64,000 nt of DNA, from the NCBI GenBank assembly GCA_043801595.1, contig JAZDLW010000022.1, positions 5,526 to 69,525 of the forward strand, in the 5' to 3' direction. The position numbers and the translations under genes were made by a program. Below the pieces are notes generated by a model. That model saw nothing but the letters and a program-made list of their open reading frames with translations. It searched no databases and had not been told where the DNA came from. How positions within the stretch are numbered: the stretch's first letter is position 1; each line of letters starts with the position of its first letter. Below, piece after piece: positions 24,687 to 32,854 of the stretch. Origin of the DNA: Candidatus Aenigmatarchaeota archaeon. GTDB lineage: Archaea > Aenigmatarchaeota > Aenigmatarchaeia > JACPZZ01.

Positions 24687-25637
24687 TTATGCGCCGCCGA
24701 TCGTTTCGATGTTTTTCTCGACTTCCTCTTCTATGCCGAGCTTGTTTACGATCTCTTTGTATCTGTTGCGGATTGTGACCTCGGTCACGCCAACCACATC
24801 GGCAACTTCGCGCTGCGTTCTTCGTTCGCCGCACAATACGGCCGCTATGTACAACGCGGCTGCAGCGACACCGGTCGGGCCTTTGCCGGATGTGACGTCG
24901 AACTTACTCGCCTTTTCCAGTACGTCGATAGCACGAGCCTGGACTTTGTCATTAAGATTCAGCATCGACGCGAAGCGCGGTATGTAATCCTGCGGTTTTG
25001 CGGGCAATATTCTGATCCCGATTTCGCGTGAAACGTAACGGTACGTCTTTCCGATTTCGCGTTTCTCAACACCTGACGCCTCTGCTATTTCGTCCAAAGT
25101 TCTGGGAGTGTTATATTCGCGGCACATCGCATACATCAACGCTGCGATTACGGATTCCATTGAGCGCCCTCTGACAAGGCCTTTGTCTACGGCCTGTTCG
25201 TACAATTGCGCGACTTGTTCATGAACGCTTTTTGACAAACCGAGGAAAGAAACCAGTCTTTGGAGTTCTGATAAAGCATATGACAAGTTTCTGTCTTTGC
25301 TTTCGATGAGCCTTTTGTGCCATTTTTGCAGCCTGTAATATTGCGCGCGCTTCTTTGTTGAGACTTTGAAAAGTTCGCCAGGCCCCTTTCCGATTTCGGT
25401 TGTCATGCCTTTGTCGTGTTTGGTGTGCGTCAGCGGAGCGCCGGTGCGTGCACGCTTGGAGCGTTGCTCCTCGTCGAATGCGCGCCATTCCTGGGTCATG
25501 TCTATCATTGATTCTTTTACCACAAGGCCGCATTTCATGCACACCAATTCAGCACGGCTTGAGTCCTCAGACAATCGCTTTGAGCCGCATTCCGGACAAA
25601 CGAGTTCTTTCTTTTTTTCCTCTTTTTTGATCATCAT
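24687..25637 (-). CDS. tfb: Transcription initiation factor IIB
   Basis: N-terminal zinc ribbon CPECGS...CMKCG, B-finger region, two cyclin-fold repeats, and C-terminal HTH QREVADVVGVTEVTIRNRYKE. Confidence 0.95.
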   Translation of the reverse strand: MMIKKEEKKKELVCPECGSKRLSEDSSRAELVCMKCGLVVKESMIDMTQEWRAFDEEQRSKRARTGAPLTHTKHDKGMTTEIGKGPGELFKVSTKKRAQYYRLQKWHKRLIESKDRNLSYALSELQRLVSFLGLSKSVHEQVAQLYEQAVDKGLVRGRSMESVIAALMYAMCREYNTPRTLDEIAEASGVEKREIGKTYRYVSREIGIRILPAKPQDYIPRFASMLNLNDKVQARAIDVLEKASKFDVTSGKGPTGVAAAALYIAAVLCGERRTQREVADVVGVTEVTIRNRYKEIVNKLGIEEEVEKNIETIGGA

Positions 25638-25777
25638 AGCAGTTCCTCAATAAGCAGTTATAGCTAAATAGTCTTCGCAGTTAAGTATTTAAGCTTTTGG
25701 GTGTTTATAAGCCGCTGCGCACAACGAGTTTCGATACAGGTCGGTTTTGACCGTATTGCGGCGTAAACGAACCAACG

Positions 25778-25785
25778 TATATAAA
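25778..25785 (+). promoter_or_regulatory. TATA box candidate for the histone gene
   Basis: TATATAAA lies 32-39 nt upstream of ATG 25817, consistent with a short or absent leader. Confidence 0.5.
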
Positions 25786-25816
25786 TTCCAGTTTTCAATG
25801 TAGATTTGGCGAAAAT

Positions 25817-26020
25817 ATGGCAGGTTCTTTCCCTTCGGCTCCTTTAGAAAGGATTGCGCGCAAGGCTGGTGCAGAACGCGTTTCGGCGTCTGCGGTTGAG
25901 GCGTTAAACGAAATTTTGACTGAGATTGCCGAACAGATCGCAAAAGAGGCTGCCGCAGTGTCGAACCATGCTGGGCGCGTGACGATTAAGCGCGATGACA
26001 TAAAGCTGGCTTCGCGGTAA
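25817..26020 (+). CDS. Archaeal histone (HMf family)
   Basis: 67 aa. PLERIARKAGAERVSASAVEALNEILTEIAEQIAKEAAAVSNHAGRVTIKRDDIKLA aligns with the archaeal histone fold. Confidence 0.9.
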   Translation: MAGSFPSAPLERIARKAGAERVSASAVEALNEILTEIAEQIAKEAAAVSNHAGRVTIKRDDIKLASR

Positions 26021-26719
26021 TCACCGAAGCTTTACTTCTCCGGTAATATTTTCAAGGGACCTGATCAGCGGGTCGTCGGGTTTTTTGTGGTAGATTTCCG
26101 TGTACAGCGTTTTGATGACGCTCCGCACGTCTTCGGCCTTCAAATTTTTTTCCTTTTTCTGGAAAAAGATCATCAAGTCCATTTTCACAGGTTCGCCGTT
26201 GCTGTAAGACGGTTGCACATAGTTTATTTTTTCCATGGACTTGGCACCGAATCTCCTGCGGTAATAATTCTGTCTCCTTCTGGCACTGTCAACTAAATTT
26301 TTCGGCACACCCTCTTCTGTGTCGACTTCACCAATGAAGCCAAGAGAATTTTTTAATCTGGATCTGAAGCGCTTCTTGAAAAACTTGATGAATTTACTGC
26401 CTAAATCCTTGTTCCTGTATTCGGGGATTGTTGCCAAATAATTTCCAAAAACGAAATTCGGGAAAGTCTTTACTATGGCCATGCCAATTACATCGCAGCC
26501 CTTCTTCGATACGAACAGGTGATAATTCGGATCGGATTTTATCCGGTGGGCTATTTCCTCGGGCGGTGCAAGCTCTTCCGGAGGAAACGATTTTTTATAT
26601 ATGTCCATGGCATTGCTAAAATCGTTGCCCGAAGCGTTTCTGGTTTCATAGATCCTTACGCGCGCGCCCAGATATTTTTTTTCTAGATAATTCCTCACAC
26701 CGGAGATATTCAACGACAT
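26021..26719 (-). CDS. GNAT-family N-acetyltransferase-like protein
   Basis: VIGMAIVKTFPNFVFGNYLATIPEYRNKDLGSKFIKFF resembles GNAT motif A. Start trimmed to Met35 (26719) because the longer ORF overlaps the aIF5A start. Confidence 0.55.
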   Translation of the reverse strand: MSLNISGVRNYLEKKYLGARVRIYETRNASGNDFSNAMDIYKKSFPPEELAPPEEIAHRIKSDPNYHLFVSKKGCDVIGMAIVKTFPNFVFGNYLATIPEYRNKDLGSKFIKFFKKRFRSRLKNSLGFIGEVDTEEGVPKNLVDSARRRQNYYRRRFGAKSMEKINYVQPSYSNGEPVKMDLMIFFQKKEKNLKAEDVRSVIKTLYTEIYHKKPDDPLIRSLENITGEVKLR

Positions 26720-26788
26720 GATAACAGTAACAAATTGAATACATTTAAACATGCAGTGATCATAATGTTTATTGATTTGTGATATAGC

Positions 26789-27190
26789 ATGGCTGAAACT
26801 ACAACAACTTCGATAAAACACCTTAAACCGGGTCAGTTCGTTCTTATTGACGGCGAAGTATGCCGCGTAGCGAGCATCGACATGTCGAAATCAGGAAAGC
26901 ACGGTTCAGCGAAAGCGAGGATGGAGGCCAATGGCGTTTTTGACGGGCGAAGAAGATCAATAGTAAAACCGGCGGATTCCGAGATCGATGTCCCGATCAT
27001 ACTGAAAAAAATCGGGCAGGTGCTTGCCATTTCCGGAAGCATAGCACAGATGATGGACATGCAGGATTATTCGCAGTTTGAAGCGGAAATACCGGACGAG
27101 CTTAAAGCCGAAATCAAGGAAGGAAGCGAAGTTTCGTACTGGGAAGTGACCGGTAGAAAGATATTGCGCGAAGTCAAGAGCGAATCCTAA
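26789..27190 (+). CDS. eif5a: Translation initiation factor 5A
   Basis: Hypusination loop SKSGKHGSAKA. 133 aa. Adjacent to agmatinase. Confidence 0.9.
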   Translation: MAETTTTSIKHLKPGQFVLIDGEVCRVASIDMSKSGKHGSAKARMEANGVFDGRRRSIVKPADSEIDVPIILKKIGQVLAISGSIAQMMDMQDYSQFEAEIPDELKAEIKEGSEVSYWEVTGRKILREVKSES

Positions 27191-27192
27191 AA

Positions 27193-28068
27193 TTATATTT
27201 TACTTTTTAGCTGTGCCATAGTTTCCATGAAAAATTTCGAGGCTGTCATTTCTGTAACATTGTTGTCCGGGAGCGGACGCAACTCGACTATATCCATGCC
27301 CACTATTTTTTTGGCGTTTTTTAAAACTTTTATCAGTTCCAAAGCCTCGTGATACAAAATACCGTCCGGTTCGGGCGTTCCTACGCCAGGCGCGATTCCC
27401 GGGTCAAAACCGTCCATGTCTATTGTTATGTAAACGTTCGAGTCTTTGACGAAATTTTCCAATTTTTTCTTTGCAGCGCCAAAATCTTCGCGCAGCTGGT
27501 AGCGGAATATGATATTGTCCTTGAACTTCATGTTTGCTGCCGGCGACGCCCTTATTCCGATTCCAAGGATGTTTCTGTTTCCGATCTTGTCAGCACAAAG
27601 GTGCATTGCGCAGGCGTGATCAAACTTGCTTCCCTCGAACTCTTCACGCATGTCGTCGTGGGCGTCTATTTGCACGACTTTCAGATCCTTGAATTTTTCC
27701 GCACATGCCCACACACAACCAGCGGTTAAAGTGTGCTCGCCGCCGATCATTACCGGAAATTTATTTTTCTTCAGAATGTGCGCTGTCTGCTCCTGAACCC
27801 GCTTAATGGTCGCTTCGGCGCTTTCCTTGACAACTTCCAATTCGCCCAGATCGAAGAAGCCTATGTCGAGAAGGTTCGTGTTGGTCTTGATGTCGTAAAC
27901 TTCGTTCTGCACAAATGCTTCGCGAAATACCTTCGGACCAAACCTGCTTCCTGAAAGATAACATACGGTAGCATCGAATGGCGCACCGAAAAACCACACC
28001 CTGCACTTTTTCGGATCCGGAACGTATCCGGGCGCGTTCAGTCCCATCGGATATAGAAGGTCTGACAT
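27193..28068 (-). CDS. speB: Agmatinase (arginase/ureohydrolase family)
   Basis: GGEHTLT, VQIDAHDD, ITIDMDGFDPGIAPGVGTPEPDG (Mn ligands). Confidence 0.9.
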   Translation of the reverse strand: MSDLLYPMGLNAPGYVPDPKKCRVWFFGAPFDATVCYLSGSRFGPKVFREAFVQNEVYDIKTNTNLLDIGFFDLGELEVVKESAEATIKRVQEQTAHILKKNKFPVMIGGEHTLTAGCVWACAEKFKDLKVVQIDAHDDMREEFEGSKFDHACAMHLCADKIGNRNILGIGIRASPAANMKFKDNIIFRYQLREDFGAAKKKLENFVKDSNVYITIDMDGFDPGIAPGVGTPEPDGILYHEALELIKVLKNAKKIVGMDIVELRPLPDNNVTEMTASKFFMETMAQLKSKI

Positions 28069-28220
28069 GTATTGAGTTGTGGTGCGCAGGATTTAAATTT
28101 ATATTGCCGTACACGCCGTTTCAGCGGTCGTACAGTTCACGGTTCAAACCGGATATCATGCCCTGTTTATGACGGCAAAGTTATTTAAATTGCAGCCAAG
28201 ATCTGATATTACGTGATATT

Positions 28221-28721
28221 TTGTCCGATAACAACCGTCCGGATTTTGACGAATATTTCATGAGAATCGCAGTTGAAGTCGCGTCGCGTGCAACATGCCT
28301 GCGGCGTCACGTGGGTGCGGTAATGGTAAAAGATAAGCGAATAATTTCTACAGGCTACAACGGTTCGCCTTCAGGAGCGCTGCATTGTACTGATATTGGG
28401 TGTTTGTTGGCTAAGCGTGACGACGAGGACGGATCAACGAAAGAACATTGTATACGCACAGTTCATGCAGAGGAGAACGCGATTCTCCATGCTGCGAGAC
28501 ACGGGGTAAGCACCGAAGGTGCTACGATTTACGTTACAGCAGGCCCGCCGTGCGTCGCGTGCGCGAAAAACCTGATAAATGCGGGCGTAAAGAGAATAGT
28601 CTATGTCGGAAATTATCCGGGTGAGCATGCTGTCAAATTTTTGAAGGCTGCGAATGTAGAACTCGTTCCGATTGAACAGTCGATTATCAAAACGAAGCGA
28701 ATCGATCCTCTTTGTTTCTGA
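28221..28721 (+). CDS. dCMP deaminase (CDA fold)
   Basis: HAEENAI and PCVACAKNLINAG zinc motifs. TTG start as given in the ORF track. Confidence 0.85.
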   Translation: MSDNNRPDFDEYFMRIAVEVASRATCLRRHVGAVMVKDKRIISTGYNGSPSGALHCTDIGCLLAKRDDEDGSTKEHCIRTVHAEENAILHAARHGVSTEGATIYVTAGPPCVACAKNLINAGVKRIVYVGNYPGEHAVKFLKAANVELVPIEQSIIKTKRIDPLCF

Positions 28722-28736
28722 TAAACAGATTTAATC

Positions 28737-28758
28737 TAAGCCTTTTCCAAAAGGCTTA
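28737..28758. repeat. Perfect 10-bp palindrome TAAGCCTTTT-cc-AAAAGGCTTA followed by the AGCGAAAAGAGAATGG motif
   Basis: Starts 16 nt after the dCMP deaminase stop. Same stem-plus-tail arrangement as 37773-37807. Resembles the closing stem of the hairpin elements without internal hairpins. Confidence 0.6.
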
Positions 28759-28810
28759 AGCGAAAAGAGAATGGAAGAACGTTTAATCAGGAAAGACGCG
28801 TTATCATGGT

Positions 28811-29443
28811 ATGAAAGGCCAGTTTTTCCCGTATGCAGACTCTATAAAAACGAAAAAATTCCCGCTTGTTACGTATTCATTGATCGCCGCGAACATAATC
28901 ATATTTATCGCCAGCTTGACCGATTTCGAGAATATAATAAATTTTTTCGGCTTTGTCCCAGCGCTGTTTCCGTCAATGCACACGATCATAACAATATTTA
29001 CATCGATGTTCCTGCATGCGGGAATAGACCATATATTCGGTAACATGTGGTATTTGTGGATTTTCGGCGACAATGTCGAGGATAAGCTTGGAAGAGTGAA
29101 CTTTATCGGCCTGTATTTTTTGTCGGGCATAGCGGCTAATTTTGTCCAATATGTCGTTGATACATCCTCGATAATCCCGTCGATCGGCGCTTCGGGAGCG
29201 ATATCTGGAATACTCGGAAGCTATCTGATACTGTTTCCGAAAGCGTCGATAAAAACATCCACAGGTCTGGCGCTTGTGGATTATCCGGCATGGCTTGTGA
29301 TAGGTTTGTGGTTTGTAATGCAGCTGTTTTTCGGCTTCGCTTCTCTTGCCGGGTCGGGCGGAAGCAACATAGCTTTCTGGGCCCACATAGGAGGATTCGT
29401 TTTCGGTTACGTTGCTACAAAGGCTGTTAAGAAATTACGATAA
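28811..29443 (+). CDS. Rhomboid-family intramembrane serine protease
   Basis: GASGAISGILG (catalytic GxSG) and AHIGGFVFG (His). Multi-TM. Confidence 0.8.
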   Translation: MKGQFFPYADSIKTKKFPLVTYSLIAANIIIFIASLTDFENIINFFGFVPALFPSMHTIITIFTSMFLHAGIDHIFGNMWYLWIFGDNVEDKLGRVNFIGLYFLSGIAANFVQYVVDTSSIIPSIGASGAISGILGSYLILFPKASIKTSTGLALVDYPAWLVIGLWFVMQLFFGFASLAGSGGSNIAFWAHIGGFVFGYVATKAVKKLR

Positions 29444-29467
29444 ATAGAGGGGAGTGTTAAATTAATT

Positions 29468-30844
29468 ATGGAAAAAGTTATCCGGCGGGTTCTTAGGAAA
29501 ATTTCTCCGAGCAAAAAGGAAAGCGATGATATCAGAAAGATTTCGCTGTCTTTTCTCGGGGCTGTCCGCAAATATGCAGACAAATATTCAGCCGAAACCA
29601 TACTGGCCGGATCGATAACGAGAAACACATGGCTGAAAGACAAAAAGGAAATTGACATATTCATAGCATTGCCGGAAAGTGTCAGCGAGTCGCAGCTTGA
29701 GAAGATAGGTTTGTCGGTTGGAAAGGCCGCGATAAAATCGCTTGGTGGGCGTTATGTAATCTCATTTGCTCAGCATCCGTATGTCCGGGGCAGGGTCGGA
29801 AAATACGAGGTCGATATTGTGCCGTGCTACAATCTTTCGTCAGCCGAAAAAATAAAATCCGCTGTTGACCGCACGCCATTTCATGTGAGATTTATTGAGA
29901 ATAACATGGACTCAAAGCAATCCGATGACGTAAGATTGTTAAAGCAATTCTGCAAATCAATCGGGGTTTACGGCGCAGACTTGAAAACCGAGGGCATTCC
30001 GGGTTATCTGTGCGATCTGCTTGTTATAAAGTACGGATCGTTTGCAAGCGCAATCAAGGCGATTTCGGAATGGAAACCGGGCCATGCGATAAGATTTAAC
30101 GATGCGAAAAGCGATTCGAAATTCGAACAGCAGCCGTTTATACTAATCGATCCTGTTGATCCGAAAAGAAACGTGGCAGCAGCGTTGTCGCCGCGAAACT
30201 TTGAAAAACTTGTGCGCAGCGCGAACGCATTCTGCGAAAAACCGTCGGAAAAGTTTTTTTCAATCCAGGCGAAAAGGCCGATGGAAAAATACGAGTTCGT
30301 AAAGTTGATCAAGGCGAGGAAAACAAGGGTGATTTCGATAACGTTCAAGCCTCCAAAAACCGTTCCGGATATTTTGTGGCCGCAGCTAAGGCGCGCGACG
30401 GAAAGGATAGCAGGCATGCTCAGGGAAAACGATTTCCGCGCAATGAAGCATGCATCGTGGACTGACGAAAATAAAACGGCGGTAATTTTGCTTGAGATGG
30501 AGGTTTTTCGATTACCCGATGTCAAAAAAATGACAGGGCCGTCGGTGTTTGCGCACGCCAATGCGCGCAACTTCATCGAGCGATACGACGTTAGCAACAC
30601 GAAGCCATACATCGAGGGCGTTAACTGGATGGCGGAGATAAAAAGGAAATATACAGATGCGTCGGCTTACGTCAAAATAAAACTCAGCCAAAACAGGAAA
30701 ACGTTGGCTGACATGGGAATTCCGAGCCACATTGCAGACGCGATGTCCGGCGGATTTAAAGTGAACGAAGACGGAGATTTATACGAGGTAATAAATTCCA
30801 ACAAAGGCGCGAAGGCATTTGTAAGGGATTTTTTCGGACGTTGA
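29468..30844 (+). CDS. cca: CCA-adding tRNA nucleotidyltransferase, archaeal class I
   Basis: GSITRNTWLKDKKEIDIFI (G-S...D-x-D), RTPFHVRF. 458 aa. Confidence 0.9.
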   Translation: MEKVIRRVLRKISPSKKESDDIRKISLSFLGAVRKYADKYSAETILAGSITRNTWLKDKKEIDIFIALPESVSESQLEKIGLSVGKAAIKSLGGRYVISFAQHPYVRGRVGKYEVDIVPCYNLSSAEKIKSAVDRTPFHVRFIENNMDSKQSDDVRLLKQFCKSIGVYGADLKTEGIPGYLCDLLVIKYGSFASAIKAISEWKPGHAIRFNDAKSDSKFEQQPFILIDPVDPKRNVAAALSPRNFEKLVRSANAFCEKPSEKFFSIQAKRPMEKYEFVKLIKARKTRVISITFKPPKTVPDILWPQLRRATERIAGMLRENDFRAMKHASWTDENKTAVILLEMEVFRLPDVKKMTGPSVFAHANARNFIERYDVSNTKPYIEGVNWMAEIKRKYTDASAYVKIKLSQNRKTLADMGIPSHIADAMSGGFKVNEDGDLYEVINSNKGAKAFVRDFFGR

Positions 30845-30907
30845 TTTTGGAAAGTGAGTTTTGCCCAACTATGATAACAATTTAATATAACACGCACAAC
30901 TCACCTT

Positions 30908-31807
30908 ATGGAGATAGTATTTCTCGGGACTGGGTCCGGAATTCCGTCGAAAGAACGGAACCATCCAGGCATACTCCTGAAATACGAAGGCGACCAACTT
31001 TTGTGGGATTGCGGCGAAGGAATACAACGACAACTCGCATTAGCCGGGGAAAGTTTCATGAAAATAAACAACATTTTCATAACACACTGGCATGCCGACC
31101 ATTTTGCCGGGCTTATCGGAATATTGCAGTCCATGAATCTTGAAGGACGCAAGAAGACGTTAACAATACACGGGCCAGAATCGGAATTGTTTGTCGATGC
31201 CATACTCGAGCTGGGGCACTGGGGCGTCGGGTTCAACGTAAAGGCAAATGATTTAACTTTTGAGGGAAGCGAAACCGAGACGGTTTTAAAAACCGAAGAG
31301 TTTTCGGTGTATTCAATACCGGTTGTGCATACTGTGCCTGCGGTTGCGTACTGCTTTAAAGAAACGGACAGAGTTAATGTTGATCTTAAGAAAGCGTCGG
31401 TGTTCGGGTTGAAAGAAGGTCCGATGATCGGAAAATTAAAGGAATCTGGCAGCATCGTGTTCAAGGGCAAGAAGGTTGACCTTGAAGACGTATCGACGAA
31501 AAGAATCGGGCGCAAAATCGTTTATTCCGGCGATACCATCCCGTGCGATAATATCGCGGAGATGGCGAAAGGCGCGGATATATTGATACACGATTCGACG
31601 TTTTTGGAAGCGCAGGACAACGAAAGGAAAGAGGCGCACTCCAATGTCGAGGACGTTGCGAAGATTGCCAAGAAGGCCGATGTCAAAAAACTTGTTCTGA
31701 CGCATTTCTCGAGGCGCTACAGGTCAATGAAAGAGTTCGAAGCGTCTGCGAAAAAGATATTCCCGAACACGATTGCTGCGTACGATCTGATGAGGATAAA
31801 GGTTTAG
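30908..31807 (+). CDS. rnz: Ribonuclease Z
   Basis: Metallo-beta-lactamase HWHADH motif, N-terminal FLGTGSGIPS, C-terminal THFS. Confidence 0.9.
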   Translation: MEIVFLGTGSGIPSKERNHPGILLKYEGDQLLWDCGEGIQRQLALAGESFMKINNIFITHWHADHFAGLIGILQSMNLEGRKKTLTIHGPESELFVDAILELGHWGVGFNVKANDLTFEGSETETVLKTEEFSVYSIPVVHTVPAVAYCFKETDRVNVDLKKASVFGLKEGPMIGKLKESGSIVFKGKKVDLEDVSTKRIGRKIVYSGDTIPCDNIAEMAKGADILIHDSTFLEAQDNERKEAHSNVEDVAKIAKKADVKKLVLTHFSRRYRSMKEFEASAKKIFPNTIAAYDLMRIKV

Positions 31808-31821
31808 CGCGCATTCCGACA

Positions 31822-31842
31822 ACGCATACCTCGGGTATGCGT
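31822..31842. repeat. Single 9-bp hairpin ACGCATACC-tcg-GGTATGCGT preceded by GACAACG
   Basis: Lies between convergent rnz and trm56. The GACAACG lead-in matches the leader of the hairpin-element family. Possibly a degenerate member or a terminator. Confidence 0.4.
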
Positions 31843-31852
31843 TTAGCTGCTC

Positions 31853-32371
31853 TCATATGAATTTTTTTCCGCGCTCGGACGGTTCTATTTTCCTGCGGGC
31901 GTTTTTGAAATCCTTTTCCAATTCGCTTCCATTGAAAATATGGTCGAGTGTAACAGCGATTCCGCTCACTTCGGAGTGCGGCTGGTTCGTTACTGCGACA
32001 TTGTAATCGGCCATATAATACACAGCCATCGGGACTTTCTCACCGCCAGCAACAAGGAGGATTTTATCCTCTTTCCTGATTTCCTTTTCAACGTCCTGCA
32101 AGCGCAAGCCGTACATTGTCAGGTGTACGACTTTGTAACCCATCGAGGAATATCTTTTTATAACGTCATTCCACCTTTTCGCGAATTCTATCTTGAAGCT
32201 TCCGCCCCACTCGGACGAAATTTTTTCAATATTTTTCTTCAATTTCTGGTCCTCGTCGCCCACTATGATAATCTCGTCAGCTCCGAAGGCGCGCGACGCG
32301 AGAGCGCAGTGCGTAGTTATTCGTTGGTCGCGGAATATGCGATGGCCGATGCGCAATACGGAGACTTTCAT
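31853..32371 (-). CDS. trm56: tRNA (cytidine56-2'-O)-methyltransferase (SPOUT)
   Basis: MKVSVLRIGHRIFRDQRITTHCALASRAFGADEIII matches the aTrm56 N-terminus. The 273-aa track ORF was trimmed to Met102 because its extension runs over repeats and the tRNA gene. Confidence 0.8.
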   Translation of the reverse strand: MKVSVLRIGHRIFRDQRITTHCALASRAFGADEIIIVGDEDQKLKKNIEKISSEWGGSFKIEFAKRWNDVIKRYSSMGYKVVHLTMYGLRLQDVEKEIRKEDKILLVAGGEKVPMAVYYMADYNVAVTNQPHSEVSGIAVTLDHIFNGSELEKDFKNARRKIEPSERGKKFI

Positions 32372-32388
32372 ACCAAATCCTTTTCTTT

Positions 32389-32454
32389 CAAACTTTAAGA
32401 CAGCGGTTTGCTGTGCAAACCGCGCATAGGAAACTTGGTTTCCTATGAAGTTTG
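32389..32454 (+). repeat. Multi-hairpin intergenic element, two-hairpin unit
   Basis: Closing stem CAAACTT/AAGTTTG. Hairpins GCGGTTTGC-tgt-GCAAACCGC and CATAGGAAAC-ttg-GTTTCCTATG. Confidence 0.8.
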
Positions 32455-32470
32455 AACAAACGAGAAAAGT

Positions 32471-32537
32471 CTTTGGACAACGAAAATCATAGATTTTCGT
32501 GCACAGGAAATCAACAGATTTTCTGTGTTCCCAAAAG
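32471..32537 (+). repeat. Multi-hairpin intergenic element, two-hairpin unit
   Basis: GACA-ACGAAAATC-ata-GATTTTCGT-g-CACAGGAAATC-aaca-GATTTTCTGTG. Imperfect closing stem CTTTGG/CCAAAAG. Abuts the 3' end of tRNA-Gln. Confidence 0.8.
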
Positions 32538-32546
32538 AAAATGAAA

Positions 32547-32708
32547 TAGCCCCGGGCGGATTCGAAATCGGCAGTGCGAAACTTTCGCTGCGCACTTCCG
32601 CCGTTTACGGGTATCGTCTGACTGAAGCATGCGTATACTAAATAGCGCATGCTTCTAGCTACTACGCCACCCAAAGCCCGCCGTGCTTGGCCGCTGCACT
32701 ACGGGGCT
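32547..32708 (-). tRNA. tRNA-Gln(UUG) with two introns (58 nt after position 37, 31 nt between positions 53 and 54)
   Basis: Hand-folded from the reverse complement. Acceptor AGCCCCG/CGGGGCT, D arm GTGC-AGCGGCCAA-GCAC, anticodon stem GCGGG/CCCGT. The anticodon loop CTTTGG is interrupted by an intron containing the 10-bp hairpin GAAGCATGCG/CGCATGCTTC. T stem GGCGG/CCGCC with loop TTCGAAT is split by the second intron (AGTGCG/CGCACT hairpin). Mature length 73 nt, no encoded CCA. Confidence 0.8.
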
Positions 32709-32718
32709 ATTTTTACCT

Positions 32719-32748
32719 AAACAGGTGCTATTTTGCATGCACCTGTTT
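32719..32748. promoter_or_regulatory. 10-bp perfect inverted repeat AAACAGGTGC-n10-GCACCTGTTT over the expected tRNA-Gln promoter
   Basis: Located 11-40 nt upstream of the tRNA 5' end on the minus strand. The AT-rich loop (AAAATA on the minus strand) sits where a TATA box is expected. Confidence 0.45.
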
Positions 32749-32854
32749 CTAGTTGCCACGTTGATTAATTGAGACTGCGCGTCTTAAATAACGTATCCGC
32801 GCGCTCCGGATGAATATAAAAGTTTAACCCTTTTATTACATATCAGGAGATTTT

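Noticed and set aside
26021-26821. Full-length 266-aa version of the GNAT-like ORF
   Set aside because: The N-terminal extension overlaps the aIF5A start and is Cys/Phe-rich. Trimmed to Met35 at 26719.
28771-29043. 90-aa ORF starting at the ATG inside the AAAAGAGAATGG motif
   Set aside because: It overlaps the rhomboid gene in another frame, and the rhomboid frame carries the catalytic GxSG and His motifs.
30004-31515. Antisense ORFs of 202 and 204 aa opposite cca and rnz
   Set aside because: Shadow ORFs of confidently assigned genes, with no motifs.
31853-32674. 273-aa ORF-track model for the Trm56 gene
   Set aside because: The first 101 codons run across two hairpin elements and into the tRNA-Gln gene, and they have no protein-like composition. 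The conserved aTrm56 N-terminus begins at Met102 (32371).
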